64,000 nucleotides of DNA from an uncultured delta proteobacterium (lineage in GTDB: Bacteria; Desulfobacterota; Desulfobaccia; Desulfobaccales; 0-14-0-80-60-11), in assembly GCA_963773285.1 (NCBI GenBank), contig CAVZAM010000007.1, positions 17,634 through 81,633 on the forward strand. Direction: 5' to 3'. The notes below the pieces were generated by a model. It saw nothing but the letters and a program-made list of their open reading frames with translations, did not search any database and had not been told where the DNA came from. This document shows positions 50,081 to 61,360 of the stretch, piece after piece (the stretch's first letter is position 1; each line of letters begins with the position of its first letter). The translations under genes and the position numbers were made by a program.

Positions 50081-51922
50081 TCAGGGAGCTTTCTGGACGA
50101 GTTCCGCTACTTCGCTGTCCGCGGGAGTGAGCAACAGAAACCGTTGCTGAGCTTGCTCGACAGAGCCTGCGCGCTTGGCGGTCAGAACCTGCCGGAAAGG
50201 GCCAATTACCTGGGCAATTTGCGCCCCGGACAGATTAGTTTTAAAGCTGACGAGTTCCTCCTTCGGTCCGTGCGGGGCGGTTCGAGAGGTCACCAGCCAG
50301 AGCCGATAGGTTTGTTGAGGTTGCAAACCGGATGCCGCGATCTGCAATAAGTCCACCAGACCTAAGGCATTTACAGAAACCGTTGCCTGCGCCGCCCTGC
50401 CGCTGCCTTCAGGCGCGATCATGGTAAGATGCGCCGCCTGGCCCGCTTCGCCGAGCGGCATCAAATTGGCCGTGCCGTCACCCGTCGGCACGGCCCCGGG
50501 AACATAGACGAGCGCCTGGGGCTGCTGACCGACCGGAATGGTGGCGAGGACCGTGTTCGTGAGGGTATCTATGGCCGCGACGGCGTCCTGGTTCTCAAGT
50601 CCGACGTAGACCCTCGTTCCGTCCCCCGATCCCCAAATACCATGCGGCAGATCACCGGTGGGAATGGTGGCGATCAATTCCGGCTTTTGGCCCCGGCTAT
50701 AGACCTTCACGACGTTTTCCCCGCCTACGGTCACATAGGCGAACTTGCCCTTGGCGTTGTCCACGAGCGTGACATGATTGGTGATGGGACCGGTATCAAG
50801 GGTGGCCAGGATGCGGAAAGGCGGTTGCGCGCTCATCACCTGCGTTTTCCCCGAGTCCTTGAGGGTAAACCAGACCTCGGTGCCGTCCCGGCTCACGGCC
50901 AGGTTCGGTGAAAATGGGCTGGCCTGCGGGACGCGGGCGATGACCTGGTAACTTTTGGTGTCCACCACGTCCAGTTCAGGCGTGAAGCTCGAAGGCACGA
51001 AGGCATAGCGCCCATCCGGTCGGAACAGCACCATGCCCGGTCCATTGGCGGTCTTCACGCGGCGTATCTCTTTCATCTTCACGGGGTCGATCACCGAGAC
51101 ATAGTCTTCGCCGCGCACCACTACCCAGAATTGTTTGCCATCAAACGAGAAGAACCCCTCGTGGGGTGAGCGCCCGATATAGACGACGCCTTTGATTTTG
51201 TTGGTCGCGGTATCGATGAAGGTGACCGAGTTAGAGCCGATGGAGACGACCGCCAGCGTTTGGTGGTCCGGCGAGAAGCCCAGGCCGTGCACGAGTAACT
51301 GGCCTTTGTACAGCGGGCTGAGCGCGCCGGGAACGGGGTCGCCCAGACGGATGACGCCCAGTAATATGTTCGAACCAGGATCAATCACCGAAACGGTGTT
51401 CGAGGTCTGGTCGGCGGTGTAGACCCGGTCCTTACTGGAAGGGGTAATCGAAGCTGTCGCTTCTGGTTTCGTCCCTAATGGGGCGGTGGCCGCACCGGTT
51501 TTTGATAAGGCTGCCAATCTGAGACGCATCAGCTCGATTTCTTGCTGCTGCGTAACCATAATCTCCTGAGCAAGCCGTCGCAGGACGGGGTCTTGGCCGT
51601 GTAGCAGGTAAACTTTGGCCATGTCGATGGCGCCCTGGTGGTGCGGGATCATCATGGCGATGAAGTCATGGCTGGGATCGCCGGTCATGGGTGCGGCCAT
51701 CATATCCCGGTCCATTTTGCTCATGCCTGCCATCATCTCTTGCTGAAACGCCGATGGCGCTTTTTGTTCCGCCGTGTGCTCCTGCTCCGCAGCCGCCTGA
51801 GTCGGCACATGGATTGCGCCCACTACTAGGCTGAGAACACAGAAGCATCTCACTATGGCGGCGACAAGGCCACGGCGGCCGCCTGTTACCAGCACCACTT
51901 TGCCCGTGAGTGTCTTCTTCAT
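50081..51922 (-). CDS. DUF305 plus YVTN/YncE beta-propeller protein
   Basis: Met-rich MMIPHHQGAIDMA...AQEI...Q..EI; repeated VSVID..TN blades. Confidence 0.88.
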   Translation of the reverse strand: MKKTLTGKVVLVTGGRRGLVAAIVRCFCVLSLVVGAIHVPTQAAAEQEHTAEQKAPSAFQQEMMAGMSKMDRDMMAAPMTGDPSHDFIAMMIPHHQGAIDMAKVYLLHGQDPVLRRLAQEIMVTQQQEIELMRLRLAALSKTGAATAPLGTKPEATASITPSSKDRVYTADQTSNTVSVIDPGSNILLGVIRLGDPVPGALSPLYKGQLLVHGLGFSPDHQTLAVVSIGSNSVTFIDTATNKIKGVVYIGRSPHEGFFSFDGKQFWVVVRGEDYVSVIDPVKMKEIRRVKTANGPGMVLFRPDGRYAFVPSSFTPELDVVDTKSYQVIARVPQASPFSPNLAVSRDGTEVWFTLKDSGKTQVMSAQPPFRILATLDTGPITNHVTLVDNAKGKFAYVTVGGENVVKVYSRGQKPELIATIPTGDLPHGIWGSGDGTRVYVGLENQDAVAAIDTLTNTVLATIPVGQQPQALVYVPGAVPTGDGTANLMPLGEAGQAAHLTMIAPEGSGRAAQATVSVNALGLVDLLQIAASGLQPQQTYRLWLVTSRTAPHGPKEELVSFKTNLSGAQIAQVIGPFRQVLTAKRAGSVEQAQQRFLLLTPADSEVAELVQKAP

Positions 51923-51924
51923 AA

Positions 51925-52075
51925 AAAAATTTCCTCACTTAGATTTGCCGCCAACGCTCCTGGCCGATGCATCTGACGCTTAACGTTTTTGCGGAGGAAG
52001 ACCTGTATCAGGTCAGCTATCTTGTCGCCGTGGGTCGATAAAAACCACGGCGCTGTCACCCTCGTTGAAGTCCAT
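51925..52075 (-). pseudogene. Fused stubs: cysteine-hydrolase-like N-terminus and alpha/beta-hydrolase-like C-terminus
   Basis: MDFNEGDSAVVFIDP then, in another frame, THGDKIADLIQVFLRK. Confidence 0.5.
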
Positions 52076-52091
52076 GCTACTCTGCTCGCGG

Positions 52092-52385
52092 TTATCTGGT
52101 GGCATGCCCCTCTTCAAGCCGGATAACAAACTTTTTTCCGGAGCTTCCCGCCATGACTGCCCGGTAGGCGCTCAGCGCCTCATCGAGGGAAACCGGCTCC
52201 ACGGCTGGGGGAGAAAAGATGCCCTCCTTGAAACCCGGGAGCAGGGCCTTGAGAATTTCTGCCGCCTCACCGGGGGATAACCTCAGAGTATCCACCCCCA
52301 GAAGGCTTGCTTCCTTGGGGTAAAAGTCGACGGGATTGAAGGTCAACTGGGGATTGCCGATCGAGGCGATGGCAATCTGGCGTCG
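52092..52385 (-). pseudogene. C-terminal fragment of MDR (Zn-ADH/quinone reductase) protein
   Basis: RQIAIAS...DFY.KEASLLGVDTL...SLDEALSAY...KFVI. Confidence 0.7.
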
Positions 52386-52453
52386 TAGTGTCCAGGCGTA
52401 CCTCCTCTTTTGCCGGACAGGCCGGCGTAAGTTCTCGCAGGGTCGTTTGAGTT

Positions 52454-54267
52454 CTAAAAGGCAAAACAATCGCAGCCCAGGGACCACAGCCCGGACTTGC
52501 CTAACACCCACTGGTGCGCCTTTGCCCGGGGGGTGTGAGCGTGGTTGCATTGATGCTGCCGCGGCTGAGCCACACTTTGGTGGGCGTACCCGCCATAGCT
52601 TGTCACCGGCGACCAGTCGGGGCTGACGGGGAGTGGCGGCGGGCCCCAGCCCTCGAACCCGCCCGCGGCGAAGACGATACGGCCGCCGACGATGGTCAGA
52701 ACCGATTCGAGGTGTTTGATCTCCTCTTCCGGGATCGAGCAATAATCAGCGGAAAGAACCGCCAGATCGGCTAATTGCCCCGGCACCAGGGAACCCTTCG
52801 TGCCCTCCTCGGAAGAGAACCAACTGCTGCCGACGGTGTAGAGCCGGAGCGCCTCCAGGCGGTCCAGACGATTGTTCTCCGGGTAAAGTGTAGTGCCCCC
52901 GACGGTCTTGCCCGTGATCAGCCAGTAAAGGGCGACGAAGGGGTTGTAGCTGGAGACCCGGGTGGCGTCCGTGCCCGCCCCCACCGGGATGCCCATCTCC
53001 AGCATCCGCCGGATGGGGGGCGTGCGCTCTGCCTGCTGGGCACCGTAGCGCTCCACAAAATATTCGCCCTGAAAGGCCATCCGGTCCTGCACCGCGATGC
53101 CGCCGTCCAGTGCCTTGACACGTTCGATGTTGCGGTCGGTGATGGTTTCGCAATGGTCAAAGAACCAGTGCAGACCATCAAAAGGAACCTCGCGGTTCAC
53201 GTCTTCAAAAACGGCCAGGGCGCGGCTGATGGTCTGATCGTAAGTGGCGTGCAGGCGGAACGGCCAACGGTTTTCGGCGAGGTGACGAATAACCGCCTTG
53301 AGTTCGTCCTCCATGACGACGGGCATTTCCGGGCAGGGCCAGAGGAAGTCTTCGAAATCGGCCGCGGAGAAGACGAGCATCTCGCCCCCGCCGTTCACCC
53401 GATAGAAATTATCGCCCTCTCCGGGCTTCGTCATTTGCGTCCACCGCTGAAAGTCGGCCAATTCCTCCTTGGGCTTCTGGGTGAACAGGTTGTAAGCAAA
53501 ACGGACGGTGAGCTCGCCCCGCCGGTGCAGTTCATCGATGACTCCGTAGTCGTCCGGGTAGTTTTGAAAACCGCCGCCCGCGTCGATGACGCTGGTGATG
53601 CCGAAGCGGTTGAGTTCGCGGATGAACTGGCGGGTCGAGTTCACCTGGTCATCACGGGAGAGCCTGGGCCCTTTGGCGAGGGTGGCATAGAGAATCATGG
53701 CATTCGGGCGGGCGATGAGCAGCCCCGTGGGGTTCCCTTGCTTGTCCCGCTGAATCTCCCCGCCAGGGGGATCAGGCGTGTCTTTCGTGTACCCGACGGC
53801 GCGCAGGGCCGCGCCGTTCAGCCAGGCCCGGTCGTAAAGGTGCAGGACAAACACCGGGGTGTCGGGCGCGCGGCGTTGATCTCCTCCAGAGTCGGCATGC
53901 GGCCCTCGGCGAACTGGAACTCGGTCCAGCCGCCGACCACTCTGACCCATTGCGGGGGCGGCGTCCTCCTGGCCTGCTCTTTCAACATGCGCAGCGCGTC
54001 CGCGAGGGACGGCACGCCGTCCCAGCGCAGCTCCATGTTGTAGTTGAGGCCGCCTCTGATGGGATGCATGTGCGAATCGTTGAGCCCGGGGATGACGGTT
54101 CTTCCCCCGAGGTCAATCACTTTTGTCGTTGGCGCACCCTGCCGCAGAATCTCATCGTTGGTGCCGGTAGCACTGATCTTACCGTCCTTGATAGCGATTG
54201 CTTCGACGAACGACGGAACACTATTCGTGGCAATCTTGGCATTATGCAGCATCATGTCGGCCGGCAT
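52454..54267 (-). CDS. Amidohydrolase family 3 (YtcJ-like); frameshift near 53870
   Basis: DLGGRTVIPGLNDSHMH, RLHAT, DHCE, GTDAT, GQLADLAVLS. Confidence 0.92.
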
Positions 54268-54331
54268 GCGAGCCTCCTTTCCAGGTTGACTGGTTCTGGC
54301 AAAGGGGTGGGGTTATCCTCGCCCCAGAAGG

Positions 54332-55039
54332 TCACTTGTGCGGCGGCGCGGGGAGCGGAACAATGTATTCGGGGTACTTCGTTGCCGGGGCGCCGTGTAC
54401 CATGGTGTAGGCATATTCCACACCAACGCCGTAAGCCCCGAAATGGCTCTTGACGATATCCATGACCGCGTCATAGGTATCGCGCTCAGCCCAATCCCGC
54501 TGCCACTCGAGCATCACGGAGAGCACGGTGACCGGCTTGGCCCCCGCCTGGATCATCCGTTTCATGGCGTTGTCGTGCGAGAGTTGGCTGACATCGCCAC
54601 AACAGTCTTCAACGACATAGACTTCGTAGTTGTCGTGAATGGCCTGAATAGTGGGAAGCGCGACGCAGGTTTCGGTCCACAGGCCGGAAAGCACGATCTT
54701 TTTCCGGCCGGTCTTCTCGATGGCGGCGACGAAATTCCTGTCGTCCCAGGAGTTCATGGTGGTACGTTCGATGGGCGTCTGGTTCGGGAAGATTGCCTGG
54801 ATCTGCGGCCAGATATTGCCGCTGAAACCCTTGCTTTCCACCGTGGATAGGACCACGGGGACCCCGAAAACCTTGGCGGCTTTGGCGAACGCCACATTGT
54901 TGTTGATGATCGTTTGGCGGTCAAAATTGGCGACGCCGAAGAGCATCTGGGGTTGGAGGTCGATGATCGCGACCACGCAATTGTCCGGGGTCAGCAGCCC
55001 CTTTTCGCTCCTCTTGGCGCGAGCAGTGGTTTGAGACAT
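54332..55039 (-). CDS. YcaC-like isochorismatase-family hydrolase
   Basis: IIDLQPQM, ERTTMNSW, GLWTETCV, EWQRDW; AAGGAGG RBS. Confidence 0.93.
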   Translation of the reverse strand: MSQTTARAKRSEKGLLTPDNCVVAIIDLQPQMLFGVANFDRQTIINNNVAFAKAAKVFGVPVVLSTVESKGFSGNIWPQIQAIFPNQTPIERTTMNSWDDRNFVAAIEKTGRKKIVLSGLWTETCVALPTIQAIHDNYEVYVVEDCCGDVSQLSHDNAMKRMIQAGAKPVTVLSVMLEWQRDWAERDTYDAVMDIVKSHFGAYGVGVEYAYTMVHGAPATKYPEYIVPLPAPPHK

Positions 55040-55320
55040 GACTTCCTCCTTCTTGAGGTTAGTTAGCAAACACTGTTGAGACCGAGGATCTGAAACCTTG
55101 GGTTATCCAAGTTTGTTGGCCCGGCTTAGGTAATGGCAGAAGAGGGCCTGGGGGCCTATAAGGAAAGAGGTATCGGAGATGTCTATAAGGTAGGGGCTAA
55201 GATCACCATGTCAAGAGAACCCGCAATGATAGGTAGACAAGGGAAATCAGATGCTTGTGAGAACTCATAGCGGATAGCTGCTAACTCCTATGTGCAAAGT
55301 CAAGTTGGCAAGGTGCCCCG

Positions 55321-55819
55321 GTGATCGCTTTGGCGCTGCTCATGGTGCCGGTAGTGATGCTCACCGCCGAGGAGGCCATGAAGATGGTGCCCCGGATTAT
55401 GAAGGACGCCGCCCACGGCATCGGCTGCACCCACACCCAGGTCATTACCAAAGTGGTCGTGCCCACGGCCATGCCCGGAATCATCACCGGCGTGATCCTG
55501 GCCGTGGCCCGGGCCGCGGGGGAAACCGCCCCCCTCCTGTTTACCGCGCTGTTCAGCGAGTACTGGCTCACCCAGGGGGAAGCTCTCCCTCATGAAGCCG
55601 ACGGCCTCGCTGGCGGTCCTCATCTACAATTTTTCCGGCATGCCCTATGAAAACCAGATTGAACTGGCCTGGACGGCCTCGCTGTTTCTGGTCTTCATGG
55701 TTCTGGCTTTGAACCTCATCAGCAGGGCGATATCGCAACGGGAGAATTCCATCGTGACCATGATCATGGTCGTCCGCAAAATGATCGGCGGCAAAAAGGA
55801 GCAAGGAGCAAGTCAATGA
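55321..55819 (+). pseudogene. pstA: pstA 3' fragment
   Basis: ARAAGETAPLLFT, SLAVLIYNFS..PYENQ..LAW; 5' half missing. Confidence 0.88.
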
Positions 55820-55998
55820 CACCCAAGGGAAACGTGCAAAAATCGCGGGGCACTACCGCCACCGGGGCTCATCACTGCAAGGTGGCCATCCAGTGCCAGA
55901 TCGAAGAGCTGTTTTACGGCGATTTCCTGGCGGTCCGGGACAGCTTTGTCAACATCAAGAAAAATTATATCACCGGCTTTATCGGACCCTCAGGCTGA
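55816..55998 (+). pseudogene. pstB: pstB 5' fragment
   Basis: LFYGDFLAV...ITGFIGPSG, cut inside Walker A. Confidence 0.85.
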
Positions 55999-56589
55999 AA
56001 CACGGCATGTTCCGGGATTTTTATCAGCTGTGGCCGGAACGCTTCGACAACAAGACCAACGGCATCACGCCCCGCCGCTGGCTGTTAAACGCCAATCCCG
56101 GACTGGCCGGGTTGATCACCGGCACCATCGGCGATGCCTGGATCACCGACCTCTTTCAGCTGCGGCAGTTGGAACCCTGGGCCCGGGATGGGGCCTTTCA
56201 GGAAGAGTTCCGGCGCATTAAAAAGGCCAACAAGGAGCAGCTGGGGCGCCTGATTTACGACAGCACCCGGGTCAGGGTCAACCCTGAGGCCCTCTTTGAC
56301 ATCCAGGCCAAACGGATTCACGAATACAAGCGGCAGTTGCTGAACATCATGCACATCATCCACACCTACCTGGCCCTGGTGGAAGACAGCGTCCTCCCCC
56401 CCGTTCCCAAGGTCTACGTTTTTGCCGGCAAAGCCGCGCCGGGCTACTGGGCCGCCAAGCAGCTCATCAAACTGATCAATTATTTGGGCGAGGTGATCAA
56501 CCGGGATGCCCGGGTGCACGATTGGCTCAAGGTGGTGTTTGTGCCGGATTACCGGGTCTCGTTGGCGGAGCAGCTCATTCCGGCGGCGG
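55995..56589 (+). pseudogene. glgP: Internal fragment of glycogen/alpha-glucan phosphorylase
   Basis: NKTNGITPRRWL, KRIHEYKRQ, FAGKAAPGY, YRVSLAE.LIPAA. Confidence 0.92.
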
Positions 56590-57115
56590 CAAAGTTGGCC
56601 CCCAGGGCGTCCAGGTTCCGTCTAGAGGACTTTGTCCGCGCATATCTGGAGCATTCCAAGGTCCACAAGAGCCATAGCAGCTACCGGGCCGACCGCTTGG
56701 CCCTGGACAAACTCCTGGCCGACGAGGACTTCGGCCCCAACAAGATCCTGGAGCGATCGCTTCCCAGGCCCTGCTGAAGTTTATGGGGCGCCTCAAGGCT
56801 ACCCGGACTCAAGGATACTTCCCTGGCGGTGCACGTTCATCCGGGAGAACCCCTTTGCCGAGATCAAAGAACCCAAGGTTAAGAAAGGCCGGCCCCGCTT
56901 CCTGAGCCAAGAAATCATACGTCTCCTGGCTGCCGAGACCGATCCGGCCTTCCACCGACAGCGAACCCAGGCTGGTGCGCATCACCCCGCCAATCGCCGA
57001 GATCCTGGAGGAGCTTGGCAGCGAGGTGGGGAAGCTCTTCCCCTGGACCCCGGACGGCGTGTCCCATCATTTCATGCGCACGGCCCGGCGGGCCAATCTC
57101 AAAGTCCGGCTTGTA
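56590..57115 (+). mobile_element. Tyrosine integrase remnant
   Basis: Across three frames: DFVRAYLEHSK...SYRAD; ENPFAEIKEPKVKK..PRFLS..I.RLL; LFPWTPDGVSHHF...RRANL. Catalytic R and HxxR/Y segments are missing. Confidence 0.75.
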
Positions 57116-57230
57116 GCCCGATGCCCGGGTTTGGCAAGGAAAGTCAGGCGGCCATTTTCGGGACAGATGCGCCGGGTGAGATAGTCAGGTTGCACGCGGC
57201 CTTCGATGGCGGGCTCCGACACGGTCACCA

Positions 57231-57854
57231 TTAATCTTCCCCGGCGAGCAGTTCCCCGCTGATGAGCTGCAGGAGGGCCAGGACTGCGTCCAGGTGCCAG
57301 ATGCGCTCGAGGTTGCCGGGTACCCGGAAAGACACTTGGGCCGGAAACTCCGCATCCGCCAGCCAGAGGATTATCTCCACAGCCAACCCTGGAAATACTT
57401 GGAATTGCAGAGCGGCGTCACCGGCCTGAACACGCTTTGCCCCCAAACGGTTCCCCGCCATCAGGAACCCCTCAGGGTCATCCCCGAAGCGGTTTTCCAG
57501 GGAGGCGCGGGGCAGGGCGTGAGGGCCCCTCTCGGTAAAAAAGGCGGTGCCGCCGGTGAGTTCCAAGGGGCTGATGAGAGTCCCCAAAGCCCCTGTGTCC
57601 ACCCGGGTAAGATACAGGAGCGCGGTGAGGCACAGGCGGAAGCCCGGCTCCAGGACCCCGGCCCCATCTACCTCCAACCAACGCTCCACCGGGTCGATAA
57701 TGAGCTTCCGGTTCAGGAAAGGCAGGTGATAACGGCTTTCCGCAAAAGCCGCGCCGGTGCGCCGGGTGACGTCCCCGGGCGGCAGTTCCCCAAGCTCCTG
57801 CCAAAACTCCCCGCTTACCTCCGCACACTTCTCATACAGCACGGCTAACCTCAC
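57231..57854 (-). CDS. DUF3786-like protein
   Basis: LLYL, ELTGG..FF, F.VFP...V.IILW.ADAEFP. Confidence 0.75.
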   Translation of the reverse strand: MRLAVLYEKCAEVSGEFWQELGELPPGDVTRRTGAAFAESRYHLPFLNRKLIIDPVERWLEVDGAGVLEPGFRLCLTALLYLTRVDTGALGTLISPLELTGGTAFFTERGPHALPRASLENRFGDDPEGFLMAGNRLGAKRVQAGDAALQFQVFPGLAVEIILWLADAEFPAQVSFRVPGNLERIWHLDAVLALLQLISGELLAGED

Positions 57855-58130
57855 TCACCAGACATTTCCGCCGTTTATGAACACATCGATTCTACCATTG
57901 TCCCGGGAAAAAAGTTAACCACGCGTGGCCGTAATTCTTCCTTCCCCTCACGATGGCGGTGGGATATGGTAAAAAAAATATGTCGTCACTTGTTCAGGAC
58001 AGGCCCGGGGCAATCTTTTCTTAAAATTTGTAGTAAATAATGCCCATAGACAGGCACGAGACAGGGCTATATTTCTTGGACGCTTTTTTGAGAAGCATTT
58101 CCCCCCGGGCGTGGTAAGCGGAAGGAGCCG

Positions 58131-60214
58131 ATGCAGAAATTTTATTATCCTCAGAAGGTGGCGGTGGTAGGGGTTTCGGAGAACGAGACCAACCTGGGCC
58201 GGGGCATCGTCCGGAATATGCTGGAGGCCGGCTACACCGGCAAGATCTATCCGGTGGGGCCCCGGGGCGGCGAGGTATACGGCCTCCCCATCTACTCCCA
58301 CCTCCGGGACTTGCCCGAACCTGTGGACCTGGCCGCGGTCCTCACCCCGGCCCGCTTTGTGCCTCAGGTGGTGGCGGACTGCGGTGAGCTGGGGATAACC
58401 CGGGTGGTGGTGGAATCGGGGGGCTTTTCCGAGCTGGGGGAGCAGGGCCGGGCCCTGGAGCAGGAAATCGTCCGGCTCATCAACCGCTACCACCTGAGGC
58501 TCATCGGTCCCAATGGCCTGGGGCTCATGAACATGGAGATCGGGCTGTCTCTGCCGTTTTCCCAGATCGTCCCCGTGCCAAAGCCTGGCAAGATTTCGGT
58601 TATCGCCCAGAGCGGCGGGGTGGGCATGCACGTCATCGCCTGGATGACCAAGGAAGGCCTGGGCTTAAACAAGTTCCTGAGCCTGGGGAACAAGCTGAAC
58701 GTCAAGGAAAACGAGGCCCTGGCCTACTTTCTGGAGGATCCGGGGACCAAGATGATCTACCTTTACCTGGAAGGCCTGGAGGACGGCCGGGAGCTCCTGG
58801 AGGTAGCCAAACACGCTGCCAAGCCGATTTTCCTGCAGATGCCCAACGTGGTCCAGGAGACCTCCCGCATCGCCATGTCCCACACCGCGTCGCTGGCCAC
58901 GGATGAGAAGGCAGTGGACGCAGCCTGCCGCCAGGGGAACATCTTCCGGGTGCTGCGCCAGAGCGATTTTCTGAACGCTGCCAAGATGGTGGGACACCCG
59001 CCGGTGAAAGGCAACCGCCTGGTGATCCTCTCCCGGAGCGGCGGCGAAGCGGTGGTGGGGGCCTACGCCTGCAAGCGCTACGGCTTTAGTCTCCCGCCCC
59101 TGGCCCCGGGTCTGGCGGATTTTATCCTGGAGAGTTCCCGGGCCCAGATCATCAAGCCCGGCAACCCCATTGACCTGGGGGACATCTTTGATTTTGAGGT
59201 GTACTCCCGGGTGATGGACAACCTCTGCCAGGACCCGGAGGTGGATGCGGTCCTCCTGAATTACGGCCCGGTTTACGACCCGGACGCGCCGAGGCCCGGG
59301 GCATGGCCCAACATATTATCAAAAAAGCCCAAGAAGCCGGGAAACCTCTGGCCATCAGCGTTTGCGCCTCCCTGGAGGAGGAGGATTTTTTCCGGGACGA
59401 GCTTAAGGTGCCGGTGTTTCATTTCCCCGGGGACGCGGTGCGGGCCCTGGCCTACAGCCGGGACTTCGCCCGGCGCCGCCCCCCGGATGACCCGACCGCG
59501 GCGGCGCCTGGCATTAATGACCATGCTCTGGCACAGCTCCTGGACCGCGCCGGCGGCAGCGGCTTCCTGTCCATGCCCCAGGCCCTGTCCTGCCTTGAGG
59601 CTGCAGGCATCCCGGTGGCCGGGTGGCAGACTGCAGGCGACGCCGAGCAGGCGCTGTCTGCCGCCGCCCGCCTGGGGTTTCCCGTGGTGTTGAAGCTTTC
59701 CGCGCCCTCCCTGGTGCACAAGACCGAAGCGGGGGGGGTCGTGCTTAATCTCACGGATCTCCCGGGAGTAGCCGCGGCCTACCAGCAGCTGGCCGACCTG
59801 GCCGCCAGGGCGGTGCCGGCCGGGGAGGCCTGGGAGGTGGTGGTCATGAAGCAGGTACCCGCAGGGGAGGAGGTGCTGCTGGGGGGCCGCCGCGACCAGT
59901 CTTTTGGGCCCCTGGTGGCCTGCGGGGCCGGCGGGGTTCTGACCGAGATCCTGGAAGACGTGGCCCTGCGGGTTGCCCCCATCAGCCCCGGGGAAGCCCA
60001 TCGCCAGATCATGGAAACCCGCCTCGGCCGGATTCTTGAAGGGGTCCGGGGCCGGCCGGCCGCGGACCTTGAGGCCCTGAGCCAGGCATTGTCGGCGCTG
60101 TCCCATCTTATGGAACGCTTCCCCCGGGTCCAGGAGGTGGACCTGAACCCGGTGCGGGTGTTTCCCGGGGAGAAGGGTATCTTGGCACTGGATGTGCGCA
60201 TCCGGGTAGGGTAG
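58131..60214 (+). CDS. ADP-forming acyl-CoA synthetase (fused alpha-beta); frameshift near 59285
   Basis: VAVVGVS, IGPNGLG, AQSGG, SLGNK, SHTASLA, NPIDL; ATP-grasp GFPVVLK, HKTEAGGV, EVDLNP. Confidence 0.92.
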
Positions 60215-60283
60215 GGGATTGGTGGAGGCGGGGCGATAATTCTAAAGCACTGAGTCATTAATTGGGATCTGTGAGTGTGAACT

Positions 60284-61057
60284 GTGTATCCTGAATTCAG
60301 CGTATTTAATGCGGTTCTGGTGGGGCTGGCCGCGGTGGCGGGGGGCGCGGTGAATGCCCTGGCCGGGGGCGGCACCCTCATCACCTTCCCCATGCTCACC
60401 GCCATAGGCATTAACGCCGTGGAAGCCAACATCACCAACACCGTGGCCCTGTGCCCCGGCTACCTGGGCGGGACTTATGCCCAATTGAATGATTTGCGCG
60501 GCTATGAGCGTCAGGCCAAGTGGTTGGCAGTCGTCGGGGCGATTGGGGGCATCGTCGGCGGTATTCTGCTCCTCAAGACCGGCGAGCAGGCCTTTCGCTT
60601 CCTGGTGCCCTACCTGATCCTGTTCGCCACGGGGCTGATGGCCATTCAGGTCCCCTTGCGCAACTGGCTGGTCCGCCACAGCCAGGGCCAGGGGGCGGGA
60701 AAATGGGGCGAAGCCGGGGTATTGGCTTCGGTGTTCCTGGCTTCCATTTACGGGGGCTTCTTCGGCGCCGGCCTGAGCGTCATCGTCATCGCTGTGCTGG
60801 CCCTGGTGCTGGAGGGGCCAATTACCCGGCTGAATGCCCTGAAACAAGTAGTAGCCTTTTGCGTCAACATTGCCGCGGCCGTCTTCTTTTTGTTCAGCGG
60901 CAAGATCCACTGGCGGATCATGCTGGTCATGGCGGTGGGGGCGCTGATAGGGGGCAATCTGGGGGGGCGCCTGGCAGGTAACATACGGCCGGGGCTGCTC
61001 CGGGGCATCGTGGTGACGGTGGGTCTGGTGATTGCCCTGATCTATTTTATCTATTGA
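60284..61057 (+). CDS. TauE/SafE (TSUP) family permease
   Basis: NALAGGGTLITFP, ANITNT, YGGFFGAG, NALK. Confidence 0.92.
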   Translation: MYPEFSVFNAVLVGLAAVAGGAVNALAGGGTLITFPMLTAIGINAVEANITNTVALCPGYLGGTYAQLNDLRGYERQAKWLAVVGAIGGIVGGILLLKTGEQAFRFLVPYLILFATGLMAIQVPLRNWLVRHSQGQGAGKWGEAGVLASVFLASIYGGFFGAGLSVIVIAVLALVLEGPITRLNALKQVVAFCVNIAAAVFFLFSGKIHWRIMLVMAVGALIGGNLGGRLAGNIRPGLLRGIVVTVGLVIALIYFIY

Positions 61058-61129
61058 GCAGGTTAGATTTTTGAGCTGTGCACGGTGGCATCCAGCCTTA
61101 ACCTTGAACCTTGAACTTTTCCTCTGGTC

Positions 61130-61252
61130 ATGACTATTCTCATCGGCTTGCTGGCCGGGGCGTTCGGAGGCCTCGTGGGGCTGGGGGGACATCAAAAAAA
61201 GCAGGCAACTGCGGGAGAAAGCATTGGCAGCGGCCTGATCGAATGGAAGTAA
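61130..61252 (+). pseudogene. Stub of a second TauE-family gene
   Basis: MTILIGLLAGAFGGLVGLGG followed by unrelated residues and a stop. Confidence 0.6.
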
Positions 61253-61262
61253 ATCAATATTA

Positions 61263-61349
61263 CTCGCCCCTTGCAGGGGAAAGGGTAGGGTGAGAGGTAA
61301 GCCCGCCCCCACCCCATCCCTCTCCCCCCAAAAGCGGCGGCGAGGGGGA
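61263..61349. repeat. GC-rich palindromic intergenic repeat (CCCTCTCCC/GGGAGAGGG type)
   Basis: CCCCTTGCAGGGGAAAGGGTAGGGTGAG...CCCACCCCATCCCTCTCCCCC inverted arms. Confidence 0.45.
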
Positions 61350-61360
61350 AAAGGCTTCCC

